DNA of 61,756 nt, the filler included, from Actinomycetales bacterium (GTDB lineage Bacteria; Actinomycetota; Actinomycetes; Actinomycetales; CAVURS01): the NCBI GenBank assembly GCA_045807245.1. It is 3 parts of 3 records of this genome, joined end to end, with 100 filler letters (N's around TTAATTAATTAA, not from the genome) between each part and the next. Parts side by side here need not be neighbours in the genome. Positions count along the whole stretch, not along the records: positions 1 to 31,162 come from JBJMHS010000056.1; 2 more parts are not named here. One strand, 5' to 3'. Position numbers and translations under genes: made by a program. This document shows, piece by piece, positions 13,201 to 21,405 of the stretch. The notes under the pieces were generated by a model, which saw only the letters and a list, made by a program, of their open reading frames with translations, was not told the origin of the DNA and did no database searches. Numbering within the stretch: the stretch's first letter is position 1; each line of letters starts with the position of its first letter.

Positions 13201-14090
13201 CGGACGCCACCCAGAGGTTCACCCTGACCGTCCGGACGGGGCCGGGCTTCGTGACGGCGTCCGGTCCGGACCGGTCCGGCGACACGCGAGTGCCGGCGTC
13301 GGTGGGGACCAACCCGTCGGGCGTCACGTCGATCGCCGCGTCGGACGACGTCAGCCTGGCCGTTGCCTCCGGCCGGGTGGTCGGCTGGGGCGACAACGGC
13401 CTGGGCCAGACCACCATCCCGGCCGCCGCCACGTCGAACGTGACCGCTGTGGCCGCGAGCTCCTTCGGCGGCGTGGCCCTCAAGCGCGACAACAGCCTGG
13501 TCTCGTGGGGCCTGCTGGCTCCGGCTCTCCCGGCCAGCCTGGCCGGTCCGGGTGGCCCGCCGATCACCGCGATCACCGGGGAGAACGTGTTCTACCTGGC
13601 CCTGGCCGACGGCTCGGTGATCGAGTTGGGCTCCCCGGACAAGGGCTTCGGCATCAGCCAGGTGCCCTCGGCCGCCATGTCCGGCGTCACGGCCATCGCC
13701 TCCGGCACCGGGCACGGCCTGGCCTTGAAGAACGGAGGCGTCGTCGCCTGGGGCTACGACAACCTCGGACAGGCGACCGTCCCGGACGCCGTCAAGACCG
13801 GAGTCATCGCCATCGACGCCGGCGGCTACCACTCCCTGGCGCTCAAGTCGGACGGGACGATCGTGGCCTGGGGCGGCGGGTCCTCACTCAGCACCGTTCC
13901 GGCCGCGGCCCAGGGCCGGGCCGTCGCTATCGCCGCCGGACAGTGGTTCAACGCCGCTCTGCTCGACGACGGCACCATCGTCACCTGGGGCACGGACGAC
14001 ACGACCCAGACCATCGCGCCACGGACCGACGGCACGGTGACGACCGCACTGGCTGCCGGCGCCCGCCACCTGCTCGCGATCCGCCGGTAG
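9411..14090 (+). repeat. Duplicated ~870-bp 3' domain shared by the two large genes (9411-10280 and 13224-14090)
   Basis: Colinear protein segments from LTVR..PGFV..SGDT.VP.SVGTNPSGV to AGARHLL(T/A)IRR; both genes end ...cgcccgccacctgctc...cgccggtag. Confidence 0.92.
10290..14090 (+). CDS. Large secreted protein: two beta-helix/choice-of-anchor-Q-like modules, putative Ig domain, C-terminal RCC1/BLIP-II propeller
   Basis: Signal peptide ending ...PTASA; GGGIYN/GGAI repeats; two DAGYN...GGPT...DQRG...CD(A/I)GA(V/Y)E motifs; He_PIG-like LPTGIKLTDNGDGTATLSGTPT; RCC1-type repeats. Confidence 0.85.
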   Translation: MFRVLSRRVVTLLALVAAAAGISVAVAPTASAFGAVLYAYAAGGAASPASCPQTTTTSARCSLGQALQLAGGGDTVLLTETEPYVGSFTIASPDTSTAGAVTLAPASGVSQPVLDGAGRGTVLTVRDGVRANISGLSVRNGFAPERDDAPCIQPLVALGGGIYNQGNLSLTDVVVSGNVAADPTGQGLVGIGGGIYNAGVLTVTGGRFDGNTATRSGGAISNGDDRSGCGTATGATSADVTGSRFSGNSADFGGAISTGGSGGDGTLTVTRSTFAGNGRTNAQSSVGGTAGGAIAVAHAGGGLAIISQSTFTDNTAVRGGALSSSESSTTGRLLLADSTFVSNVATARGDAIDQSATTSPGVVYSTTFVNDTIAGGASLRVAASIVSRANGATGASSGCTTPVTDAGYNVSDDASCGFGPAQQSLSNAPIAEHLGALGPHGGPTDTVPISSSAADPANDLIPAAFAPFSGPICSGADQRGVPRGNPCDAGAVESPVLGTVLFAYPTGTGGASGTCPLTTVVTQRCTLTTALALAGAGSIIQLAQTGDPRDPTTWYVGNYLVGVPGTTSDRPLTITPATGVTNPIVDGNLGSSTGCGTARCDRPIFAVATGTYLTLNAFTIQHGRAGTTQFASTFGGSAIAVNFAHVTATGMHFSDNTTYGIATAGSADTSGGDVSLIDSTIDRGTTPTIGVAAASGAVTVARSTIDTRIEARQLTMTRSTTTGGIDAATATISDSTVNNSQVFGLRASTATVTGSTFAGNAGGAFQVFDHLTLAATIVVRAAGGAPDCAGPVSLDAGYNVADDTSCNLAAVGSVQGSSAMAAYLGAFGDHGGPTPTIPLLSTPTVPGSGPDPAARAIPATYTALSETAPHCTLTDQRGVQRTPYCDIGAYELGGTAPQITSADHVTFTSGSSSTFTVTTTGTPTASITGSGSLPTGIKLTDNGDGTATLSGTPTTPGTYPLTITAANRTQPDATQRFTLTVRTGPGFVTASGPDRSGDTRVPASVGTNPSGVTSIAASDDVSLAVASGRVVGWGDNGLGQTTIPAAATSNVTAVAASSFGGVALKRDNSLVSWGLLAPALPASLAGPGGPPITAITGENVFYLALADGSVIELGSPDKGFGISQVPSAAMSGVTAIASGTGHGLALKNGGVVAWGYDNLGQATVPDAVKTGVIAIDAGGYHSLALKSDGTIVAWGGGSSLSTVPAAAQGRAVAIAAGQWFNAALLDDGTIVTWGTDDTTQTIAPRTDGTVTTALAAGARHLLAIRR

Positions 14091-14105
14091 GAGGTACGCC
14101 GGCGA

Positions 14106-14738
14106 TCAGCCCTTGCCGGACCCGCTCCCAGCCGAGGAGTCGCCCGAGCCACCGGAGCCACCGGAGCCACCTGAGCCCTTGCCCGAGCCGCCACCGTCGT
14201 CGCCGGACCCCGATCCACCGCTGCCCCGGCTGCCGCCGTGGTCGTCACTGGTCTGCGAGGTCGACGAGGAGCTCGACCCGGACGACGAGCCCGAGCCGCC
14301 GTGCCCTTGGGTGAGGACGGCCGCGCCGGCCCGGCACACGCCGTCCACCTCGACCTTGCGCGACCCGGACCGGAACTCCACGTTGAGCGCCTGCCGTCCG
14401 CTTGCGTTGACCTCGTACCGCCAGTTGGCCGTCGGTACGGCGCTCACCAGGGAGATCGCCCCATCCGGCGTACACACGGCGGTGACCCGGCCCCCCGCCG
14501 TACTCAAGGTCGCCTGGACGGCCCTGCCGGCCGTACTGGACGAGGAGGTCGAGGTGCCGGCCGGCACGCCAGTCAACCCGGGACCGGTCGAGCCCAGCAG
14601 CGAGCTCCCCGCGCGGTCGACGACGAGCCAGCCGGCCGTCGCCGCCACCGCCACCGCGGCGCACCAGGCCAGGACGACCAGGCCCGTCGCCGCGCGCCGG
14701 CCGGGGCCCGCAGTCGTAGGTCCAACAACGTCGGTCAT
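14106..14738 (-). CDS. Membrane-anchored/secreted hypothetical protein with Gly/Ser-rich tail
   Basis: N-terminal hydrophobic helix, two Cys, low-complexity tail with DDHGG; divergent from the response regulator. Confidence 0.7.
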   Translation of the reverse strand: MTDVVGPTTAGPGRRAATGLVVLAWCAAVAVAATAGWLVVDRAGSSLLGSTGPGLTGVPAGTSTSSSSTAGRAVQATLSTAGGRVTAVCTPDGAISLVSAVPTANWRYEVNASGRQALNVEFRSGSRKVEVDGVCRAGAAVLTQGHGGSGSSSGSSSSSTSQTSDDHGGSRGSGGSGSGDDGGGSGKGSGGSGGSGGSGDSSAGSGSGKG

Positions 14739-14794
14739 CGTCCGCCAGCCTCACATGTCCTGGTCCGCCGCACTCCACAGCGTAAGTTCGAGGC

Positions 14795-15481
14795 ATGGCG
14801 GCCGTCCTCGTGGTCGAAGACGACCCCGCCATCAGGTCCGGGATCGTCCGGGCCCTGAGCGATCGGGGCCACTCCGTCACGGCCGCCGAGAGCGGGATGT
14901 CCGCGTTGCAGGCCGTCGTCGACGACCCTCCGGACATCGTGCTGCTCGACCTCGGCCTCCCGGACGTGGACGGCCAGCAGGTGCTGACCATGCTCCGATC
15001 GGTGTCGGCGGTTCCGGTGGTCGTCGTGAGCGCACGCGACCAGGACGCCGACATCATCACCGCCCTGGATGCCGGGGCTGACGACTACGTCGTGAAGCCG
15101 GTGCGGGCCGAGCAGCTCGACGCCCGGGTGCGCGCGGTGCTGCGCCGCGGCGCGCCGGCCGCGGCCGACCGGGAGATCGTCGTCGGCCGGCTGGTCGTCG
15201 ACCCGAAGGCTCGCACCGTGGAGCTCGAGGGTCGGCGGCTCGACCTCACGCGCAAGGAGTTCGACCTGTTGCTGGCTCTGGCCGAGCGCGCGGGCACCGT
15301 CGTCTCCAAGAAGGAGCTCCTGGCCGAGGTCTGGCGGCAGCCGTACGGCGGAGCCGACCGCACCGTGGACGTCCATCTGTCCTGGCTGCGGCGCAAGCTC
15401 GGCGAGACCGCCGACGAACCGCGCTACCTGCATAGCGTGTGGGGCGTCGGCATCCGGCTCGACGTGCCGTTCGAGGACTAG
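14795..15481 (+). CDS. OmpR/PhoB-family response regulator
   Basis: VEDD, LLDLGLPD, GADDYVVKP, winged helix RTVDVHLSWLRRKL...VWGVG. Confidence 0.95.
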   Translation: MAAVLVVEDDPAIRSGIVRALSDRGHSVTAAESGMSALQAVVDDPPDIVLLDLGLPDVDGQQVLTMLRSVSAVPVVVVSARDQDADIITALDAGADDYVVKPVRAEQLDARVRAVLRRGAPAAADREIVVGRLVVDPKARTVELEGRRLDLTRKEFDLLLALAERAGTVVSKKELLAEVWRQPYGGADRTVDVHLSWLRRKLGETADEPRYLHSVWGVGIRLDVPFED

Positions 15482-15487
15482 CGGATC

Positions 15488-16777
15488 GTGCGCCGCACGC
15501 TGACCCTGCTGGTGGTCGCGACGACGACGGCCGTGGTCGTGGCGCTGGTCATCCCGCTGGCTCTGCTCGTGGGGCGGCTCGCCCAGGACCGCGCGATCGC
15601 CGCCGCGACCCAGCAGGCGCAGTCCGCCGCCTTGCTCATCGCCACCCGTACCCCGGCGACCCAGCTCGGCTCCCTGCTGTCGCTCAGCGACGAGCGCAGC
15701 GGGTTGCGGACGAGTGTGGTGCCCGCGACCGGTACGGCGATCGGTCCGGCCGTCCCGGCGGCCGACCTGGCCCGGGCGAAGCAGGGTCAGTCGTTCACCC
15801 GGCTCGACGGCCAGGACCCGGACGGCGCCGCGGTCTACCTGCCCGTCGCCACGACCGGCGGCACGAACGTCGTCCGTGTCGGGGTCACCCGCGCGGCGAT
15901 GACCGACGGCGTGGCTCGCGCACGAATCCTGTTGGTAGCCCTGGCCTTCGGCCTCGTCCTGGCCTCCGTGGTCGCCGCCGTCGTGTTGGCTCGGCGGGTC
16001 AGTGCACCTCTGGTCGGCGTCGCCGCAGTGGCACACGAGCTGCGCCAGGGCCGGCTGCAGCGACGCGTCGTACCCGCCGGTCCACCCGAGGTCCAGGAGG
16101 TCGGTACGGCGTTGAACCAGCTCGCCGGGCGGATCGGTGAGCTGCTCCAGGCCGAACGCGAGGCGGCCGCGGACCTGTCGCACCGACTGCGGCCTCCGGT
16201 GACGGCGCTGCGGCTGGCGGTCGACACGACTGCCGACCCGGCGGAGCGCGAGCGGCTGCGCGAGCATCTCGACCGGCTCGAAGGCACGGTCGACGCCGTG
16301 GTCCGGCAGTCCCGCCGCCCGGCCACGGCTGAGGGCGGTGAGACGGCCCAGGCCGATCTGGCCGCCGTCGTGCGCGAGCGCACGGAGTTCTGGGCGGCGC
16401 TGGCCGAGGACCAACGTCGCCGTTTGGACGTCGACATCGCTGCGAGCGAGGTGATCGTGCCGGCTGACCCGCAGGACCTGGTCGATGTGGTCGATGTGTT
16501 GCTGGACAACGTGTTTGCGCACACCGAGCCCGGCGTGGGTCTGCGTGTGCGCGCAGGGTGGGCTGGTGCTGACATCGTCCTGGTCGTGGAGGACGACGGC
16601 GCGGGGCTGCCGAGCAAGGAGGTGCTCGGCAGGGGCCGCAGCGGCGCCGGGTCCACCGGGCTCGGCCTGAGCATCGCGGCCCGGGTCGCCGACGCGACCG
16701 GAGCTGCGCTGGAGCTCGGCCGCTCCCCGGACGGCGGCGCGCGGGTCAGCCTGCGGTGGCCGCAGGGGGACCGCTGA
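15488..16777 (+). CDS. Sensor histidine kinase (2 TM, HAMP, HisKA, HATPase)
   Basis: Two TM helices, DLSHRLRPP H-box, LLDN, VEDDGAG, STGLGLSI. Confidence 0.93.
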   Translation: MRRTLTLLVVATTTAVVVALVIPLALLVGRLAQDRAIAAATQQAQSAALLIATRTPATQLGSLLSLSDERSGLRTSVVPATGTAIGPAVPAADLARAKQGQSFTRLDGQDPDGAAVYLPVATTGGTNVVRVGVTRAAMTDGVARARILLVALAFGLVLASVVAAVVLARRVSAPLVGVAAVAHELRQGRLQRRVVPAGPPEVQEVGTALNQLAGRIGELLQAEREAAADLSHRLRPPVTALRLAVDTTADPAERERLREHLDRLEGTVDAVVRQSRRPATAEGGETAQADLAAVVRERTEFWAALAEDQRRRLDVDIAASEVIVPADPQDLVDVVDVLLDNVFAHTEPGVGLRVRAGWAGADIVLVVEDDGAGLPSKEVLGRGRSGAGSTGLGLSIAARVADATGAALELGRSPDGGARVSLRWPQGDR

Positions 16778-16800
16778 CCCACGCACCGTCGTGGTCATCC

Positions 16801-17232
16801 TCAGCCGTCGCTGCCGTCGTCGCCGACGCGACCGTGCCCGCTGTTGTCGTCGCCGCTGTTGTCGTCGCTGCCGGGACCGGAGCTGTCGCCGCGCCGGTCG
16901 TCGCCCGGCTCCGCGTGGTTGCCGCGGTCGTCGCCCGGCTCCGCGTGGTTGCCGCGGTCGTCGCCCGGCTCGGCCTCGCGCTCACGACGCCGGTCATCGC
17001 CCGGCTCGGCGTGGTGGCCGCGGTCCTGGCCGGGCTCGGCGAGCCGCCCGCGACCGTGGTCGTCGGTCGTCGAGGTACCGCTCGGCGTCACTGCCGCGGA
17101 GACACTCGCCGTAGGGGTCGCTCCGCCCTTGTCGTCCGCCTGAGTGCCGGCCGATGCGGCGTAGCCGGATGCCAGGACGAGCAGCGCCGACGCTCCCGCC
17201 CCCACGATGACCTGCTTGGAACGCAGCTTCAT
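16801..17232 (-). CDS. Secreted low-complexity protein with AEPGDDRGNH repeats
   Basis: ATG 17232 with GGGAGA upstream; signal peptide MKLRSKQVIVGAGASALLVLASGYAASA; Asp/His/Arg-rich repeats. Confidence 0.75.
   Translation of the reverse strand: MKLRSKQVIVGAGASALLVLASGYAASAGTQADDKGGATPTASVSAAVTPSGTSTTDDHGRGRLAEPGQDRGHHAEPGDDRRREREAEPGDDRGNHAEPGDDRGNHAEPGDDRRGDSSGPGSDDNSGDDNSGHGRVGDDGSDG
16895..17040 (-). repeat. Coding 30-bp tandem repeat (about 5 AEPG(D/Q)DR units)
   Basis: Unit cggtcgtcgcccggctccgcgtggttgccg repeated exactly about 2.5 times from 16895, then degenerate copies. Confidence 0.85.
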
Positions 17233-17296
17233 GATCTCTCCCTGTCGATGTCCACCGGACGCTCGTCCGGATGTCACCAACAGTGCGTTGCCGGCG

Positions 17297-17335
17297 CCTA
17301 ACGCCTCCCCCAGCGCCCGTTAAGTCTTCGTCAAG
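17297..17335. promoter_or_regulatory. Putative OmpR-type direct-repeat binding site
   Basis: CGTTAAG (17318) and CGTCAAG (17329) 11 bp apart, plus CCTAACG (17297), upstream of the repeat-protein gene. Confidence 0.5.
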
Positions 17336-17379
17336 CGGGCCAGCGTCTATTGCCGGCTCTGCTCTGAACCACTGACGAC

Positions 17380-18021
17380 TCAGAGCAGAGCCGCCGTACG
17401 CAACGGGCCAAGCCCAGCGACCGCGTCAGCGGTGAGATGCACGCGAGCATGTGAGCCGTGCGGGTGGCGGCCGTGGTGCATCGGCCCCAGCGGGCCGAGC
17501 AGGCGCACGGCCGTGTCCTCGTCCGCGTGCTCAGAGGCCATCAGCTCGCGCCGACCGGTCAGCCAGGAGGCGGCCGCGAGGTGCGCGACGAGCGCCCGGC
17601 CCAGACCACGTCCCTGCCACGGATCGGCGACCAGGACCTCGGCCTGAGCCAGATGCTCGGCCGGGCCGCCGGCGCACACCACCTGGTCCAGCGCGGCGAT
17701 GGCCACCACCCGTGGCGCGCGAGTCCGGCTGGAGGCAGCGAGAACGACGAGACTGCCCGGGACGCGCAGCCACACCGCCGTCTCGCTCATCGACGGCACG
17801 CGGCCACCACGGGTGCGCCGCCACTGCCACCGGCTCAGGGCGGTGCTGCGCACGAACATTCCCATCACGCCGGGCAGGTCGGCCGCGCGGGCCGGCCGGA
17901 CGAGCAACGCCCGGCCGGGGGTCTCCAGCCGCCACGGCTGCCGCAGCCGTGAAGTGTGTGATGGGTGGCGAGGGCCGCCCGTGAGAGATCGGGCCGACAT
18001 GGCTAACGGTTGGGCGGTCAT
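17380..18021 (-). CDS. GNAT-family acetyltransferase-like protein
   Basis: Motif A VADPWQGRGLGRALV; start overlaps region just downstream of the ECF gene. Confidence 0.75.
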   Translation of the reverse strand: MTAQPLAMSARSLTGGPRHPSHTSRLRQPWRLETPGRALLVRPARAADLPGVMGMFVRSTALSRWQWRRTRGGRVPSMSETAVWLRVPGSLVVLAASSRTRAPRVVAIAALDQVVCAGGPAEHLAQAEVLVADPWQGRGLGRALVAHLAAASWLTGRRELMASEHADEDTAVRLLGPLGPMHHGRHPHGSHARVHLTADAVAGLGPLRTAALL

Positions 18022-18066
18022 GCCGTCAGCCTTTCCGGACGTCGTGTCAGGCGCGCTTCCGCGACG

Positions 18067-20199
18067 TCACACCCACGTGACGTCCAGTACGACAGGCAAG
18101 GCCGCGGTGAGCGCCCCGAGGAAGACCAGGACGGTGTCGGCGCCGGTCCAGCGAGCGGGTTCGGCCCAGGTCCGGCGGAGAGCGCCGGCGAACCCCCGGG
18201 CGTCCATCGCCACCGCCATGCGCCCCGCCTGCCGAATGCTCTGCACGAGCAGGACGAACGTGAGCGCCGCCGCCTCACGGAGCCGGCCTGTGAGGGAGCG
18301 CCCCGCGCCGAGACCTCGCACCCGGCGGGCCCAGGCCGCCTCCGCCCACACTCGGCCGAGGTCCTCGACCCGCTGCAGCGCGGCCACGGTGGCGACGACC
18401 GGCCGGGCCGGCAGCCGGAGCCGTTGCCCGAGCTCGTCACCGAGCCGGCTCGGGTCGAGGTACGCCGTCAGCAGGGCGCCGGGGACGACCAGCACGAGAA
18501 TCCGCAGGCCCGCAGTGATCCCGGTCGCCAGGTCGTGTCCGCCGAGCACCCAGGACGACCAGCCGATCGACAACGCTGCGACGACGCCCGGGACCAGACG
18601 GGCGGCCGACGCGCGGACCCGCCGTACCGCTAGGGGAGCGAGCGTCAGCTGAGCCGCCAACGTGACCAGGCCGACGCGCCAGTCGCGCACGAACACCGAG
18701 CCCACGACCGCCAACAGGCTGACCAGCAGGACGGCGAGCGGTCCGCAGCGCGCTGCCGGCGGCCAACCGTCGGAGGCGCGAGATGGAGGCCGTCGCTGCG
18801 GTGCGGACAGGTCGAGCCGTACGGCGGGCAGCGCGTCCAGCAGGTGTTCGTCGTGAGTGGCTACGACCACCGCGGTGCCCGCGCGCCGGGCCGAGTCCAG
18901 CGCGCCGGCCACTGCGGCCCAGGTCCGGCGGTCCTGGCCGAGGGTCGGCTCGTCGGCGAACAGGATCTGGGCGCCCTGCGCCAGCGCAGACGCCAGCGCC
19001 AGCCGGCGCTGCTCACCGCCGGACAGCCGATGCGGGTCCACGCCGGCGAGCTGGCTCAGCCCGAACGCCTCGAGCAGGTCCGGAGCGCCGGCCTCCTGGC
19101 CGACCGTCGCGGCCACGAAGCCGCGTTCGGGATGCTGCCCGACCCAGCTGATCCGTGCGGCCAGCTCGGGCGAGCGCCAGCGGGCCGGGTCGGGACCGAG
19201 AGGTCCCGCCAACCGCGCAGCGGCCTCGACCAGGCCGCTCGAAGGCGGCACCTGACCGGCCAGCACGCCCAGAAGCGTGGACTTGCCAGATCCGCTCGCT
19301 CCGGTGACGGCCACGACCTGGCCCGGTTCGACGGTGACGGTGGTCTGGGACAGCCGGCCCTCGACCATGACGCCGCGTCCGTGCAGCAGCGGTCCCCGGG
19401 CCAGCGATGCCGGCACCCGGCGCCGAGGGCGAGCCAGCTCCGGATCAAGCGGCATCGGCTCCGGCGGCGGCAGGCCGGGGACCCAGACCCCGAGATCGGC
19501 CAGGCGTCGACCATGCATCGCGAGCACCGCCTCCGGCGCGCCGTCCACGACAACCTCGCCGGCGCCCGACAGCACGACCACTCGGTCGACGTGGCCGACC
19601 CAAGGGGCGAGCTGGTGGTCGACGACGACCAGCGTCCGACCGCTCGCCGCGTCCAGCAGCGCGTGCCGGACCTCGTCGGCCGCGACCGGGTCGAGCATCG
19701 ACGTCGGTTCGTCGAGCAGCAGCAGACCGGGCCGCAGGGCCAGCGCACCGGCCAGGGCCAGGCGTTGAGCCTCGCCTCCGGACAACGCGGCGGAGGGGTG
19801 GTGTACGTCGTACGGGAACCGTACGGCGGCCAGCGCCTCCTCGACGCGTGTCCAGATCTGATGGCGCGGCAGCTGCACGTTCTCGGGCCCGAACGCCGTG
19901 TCCCGGCCGACGGCTGCGGCCACGATGGCATCGGCCGGGTCCTGCAACAGGAGACCGGCCTGCCCCGGGCGGCTGCCGGCCGGCTCACCGTCGAGGTCGA
20001 CGGAGCCGGCCAGCTCACCGACGTCGGCACTGAGCAGCAACCCGGCCAGACCGCGCAACAACGTGGACTTGCCGGCACCACTCGGCCCGGCCAGCATGAC
20101 CCGTTGCCCGGAGGGGATGCGCAGGTCGATGCCGGCCAGGACCGGTGTACGGCGTCCGGCGGGCCGCCAGGTCAGCCCCCGGACCTCGACTGTGGTCAG
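18067..20199 (-). CDS. ECF transporter: tandem ABC ATPase fused to EcfT transmembrane component (YkoD-YkoC-like)
   Basis: Walker A GPSGAGKST and GASGSGKST, two LSGGE signatures, C-terminal TM domain with AMDARGF; apparent start is CTG at 20199. Confidence 0.85.
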   Translation of the reverse strand: MTTVEVRGLTWRPAGRRTPVLAGIDLRIPSGQRVMLAGPSGAGKSTLLRGLAGLLLSADVGELAGSVDLDGEPAGSRPGQAGLLLQDPADAIVAAAVGRDTAFGPENVQLPRHQIWTRVEEALAAVRFPYDVHHPSAALSGGEAQRLALAGALALRPGLLLLDEPTSMLDPVAADEVRHALLDAASGRTLVVVDHQLAPWVGHVDRVVVLSGAGEVVVDGAPEAVLAMHGRRLADLGVWVPGLPPPEPMPLDPELARPRRRVPASLARGPLLHGRGVMVEGRLSQTTVTVEPGQVVAVTGASGSGKSTLLGVLAGQVPPSSGLVEAAARLAGPLGPDPARWRSPELAARISWVGQHPERGFVAATVGQEAGAPDLLEAFGLSQLAGVDPHRLSGGEQRRLALASALAQGAQILFADEPTLGQDRRTWAAVAGALDSARRAGTAVVVATHDEHLLDALPAVRLDLSAPQRRPPSRASDGWPPAARCGPLAVLLVSLLAVVGSVFVRDWRVGLVTLAAQLTLAPLAVRRVRASAARLVPGVVAALSIGWSSWVLGGHDLATGITAGLRILVLVVPGALLTAYLDPSRLGDELGQRLRLPARPVVATVAALQRVEDLGRVWAEAAWARRVRGLGAGRSLTGRLREAAALTFVLLVQSIRQAGRMAVAMDARGFAGALRRTWAEPARWTGADTVLVFLGALTAALPVVLDVTWV

Positions 20200-20858
20200 G
20201 TGGTCCGCGCCTCTGGGACCTGGTGGAGCTCCTGCCCGGATGGGAAGGGGTTGAGCGCGCCGGTCCGGGCCAACGCCCGGGTGAGCAGCCAGCCACCCAC
20301 GCCGGCGACGACCGCGCCGGACACCGCGAAGATGGCGGCATAGGCGAGCTTCCAGCCGGTGGAGTAGTCGGAGTAGTAGACCGACCACTCGAAGACGGCC
20401 TCGGCGACGGCCGAGAGCGCGCCTCCGAGAGCGGCCGCGACCGGACCGAACCGCCGGTACAGGAGCACGGCCAGGACGACCTCGACCCCCAGGCCCTCGA
20501 TCAGGCCGGAGACGAACGTCGTTGCGCCCCAGCTGTTTCCGAGCGTGAGCTCCACGGAGGCGGCCACCAGCTCGCCGAAGACGGCGGCGCCGGGCCGCCG
20601 TACGACGAGCCCGCAGACGACCCCGGCGAGCAGCCAGACGCCACCCACCAGACCGGACGACGGGGGGAAGCCGTTGAACGCCGGAGAGAGCACGTTGTAG
20701 GCCTGGTCCCACCCCCAGTAGCCCACACCGAAGGCGACGCCCAGCATGGCGACGGTGATGATGTCGATCGACCGCCAGCCGGCGAGCGGCGGACGGGCCA
20801 GGACGGTCGCGCGCTCAGCGCCGTCCGTCGTACGTGGTTCGTTGTGCACCTTGCTCAC
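20196..20858 (-). CDS. ECF S-component, YkoE-like (thiamine/HMP)
   Basis: WRSIDII...RRPGAAVFGELVAA...LARTGALNPF; directly downstream of a TPP riboswitch. Confidence 0.9.
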   Translation of the reverse strand: MSKVHNEPRTTDGAERATVLARPPLAGWRSIDIITVAMLGVAFGVGYWGWDQAYNVLSPAFNGFPPSSGLVGGVWLLAGVVCGLVVRRPGAAVFGELVAASVELTLGNSWGATTFVSGLIEGLGVEVVLAVLLYRRFGPVAAALGGALSAVAEAVFEWSVYYSDYSTGWKLAYAAIFAVSGAVVAGVGGWLLTRALARTGALNPFPSGQELHQVPEARTT

Positions 20859-20926
20859 AGCAGTTCCTCCTGGGTTAGCAGGAGGGGAGGCCGCGTCCCC
20901 ACCGTGGGGTCTTGGCCCGAGAAATC

Positions 20927-21031
20927 CCGACTCCCTTCGCCGGTCCTAACCGGATCAGGTTCGAGGGTCTGCGGTTGCCCGCACTCTCAGCGCTGTCGGG
21001 GCCGGTTGACTCCGGAGCGCTCCCCTGTCGA
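20927..21031 (-). ncRNA. TPP riboswitch
   Basis: Minus strand reads CGACAGGGGAGC...GCTGAGAG...ACCCTCGAACCTGATCCGGTTAGGACCGGCGAAGGGAGTCG, the THI-box hallmarks. Confidence 0.95.
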
Positions 21032-21106
21032 CGCAACAAACGCTACACCCCGGGTGCATCAGGTCTGCCGGTGCCGAAGGGCCGGGCGAGCAATAGGCTC
21101 GGGTGG

Positions 21107-21379
21107 GTGAGCGTGCCGTACAAGGTCCTGACGACTGGTGGGGCGCTGGTCGCCGGCCTGGTCGCCCGCCAAGCCGTCGCGGCCGTCTGGAAGTCGGCCA
21201 CAGGTCACCACCCGCCGGACAGCCCCGAGCACCCGGACAGCGGATGGGCCGAGGCCGTCGCCTGGGTGGTCGCGTCCAGCGCGGCGCTTGCTGCGGCGCG
21301 GCTGTTCGCCGCTCGCGGTGCCGCCCGGTACTACCGGCGGTCGACCGGTCATCTGCCACCGAAGCTCAAGCCGGCCTGA
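21107..21379 (+). CDS. DUF4235-like small membrane protein
   Basis: WKSATGHHPPDSPEHPDSGWAEAVAW pattern typical of this actinobacterial family. Confidence 0.75.
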   Translation: MSVPYKVLTTGGALVAGLVARQAVAAVWKSATGHHPPDSPEHPDSGWAEAVAWVVASSAALAAARLFAARGAARYYRRSTGHLPPKLKPA

Positions 21380-21405
21380 CGCGGGGGTCGGCTTCGGCCC
21401 CGGGC

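Noticed and set aside
16895..17040. 30-bp repeats as a CRISPR array
   Set aside because: Head-to-tail with no unique spacers, in-frame coding repeat, no cas genes.
18067..20199. ATPase-EcfT fusion as a novelty
   Set aside because: Fused ECF modules are known in actinobacterial Yko-type transporters.
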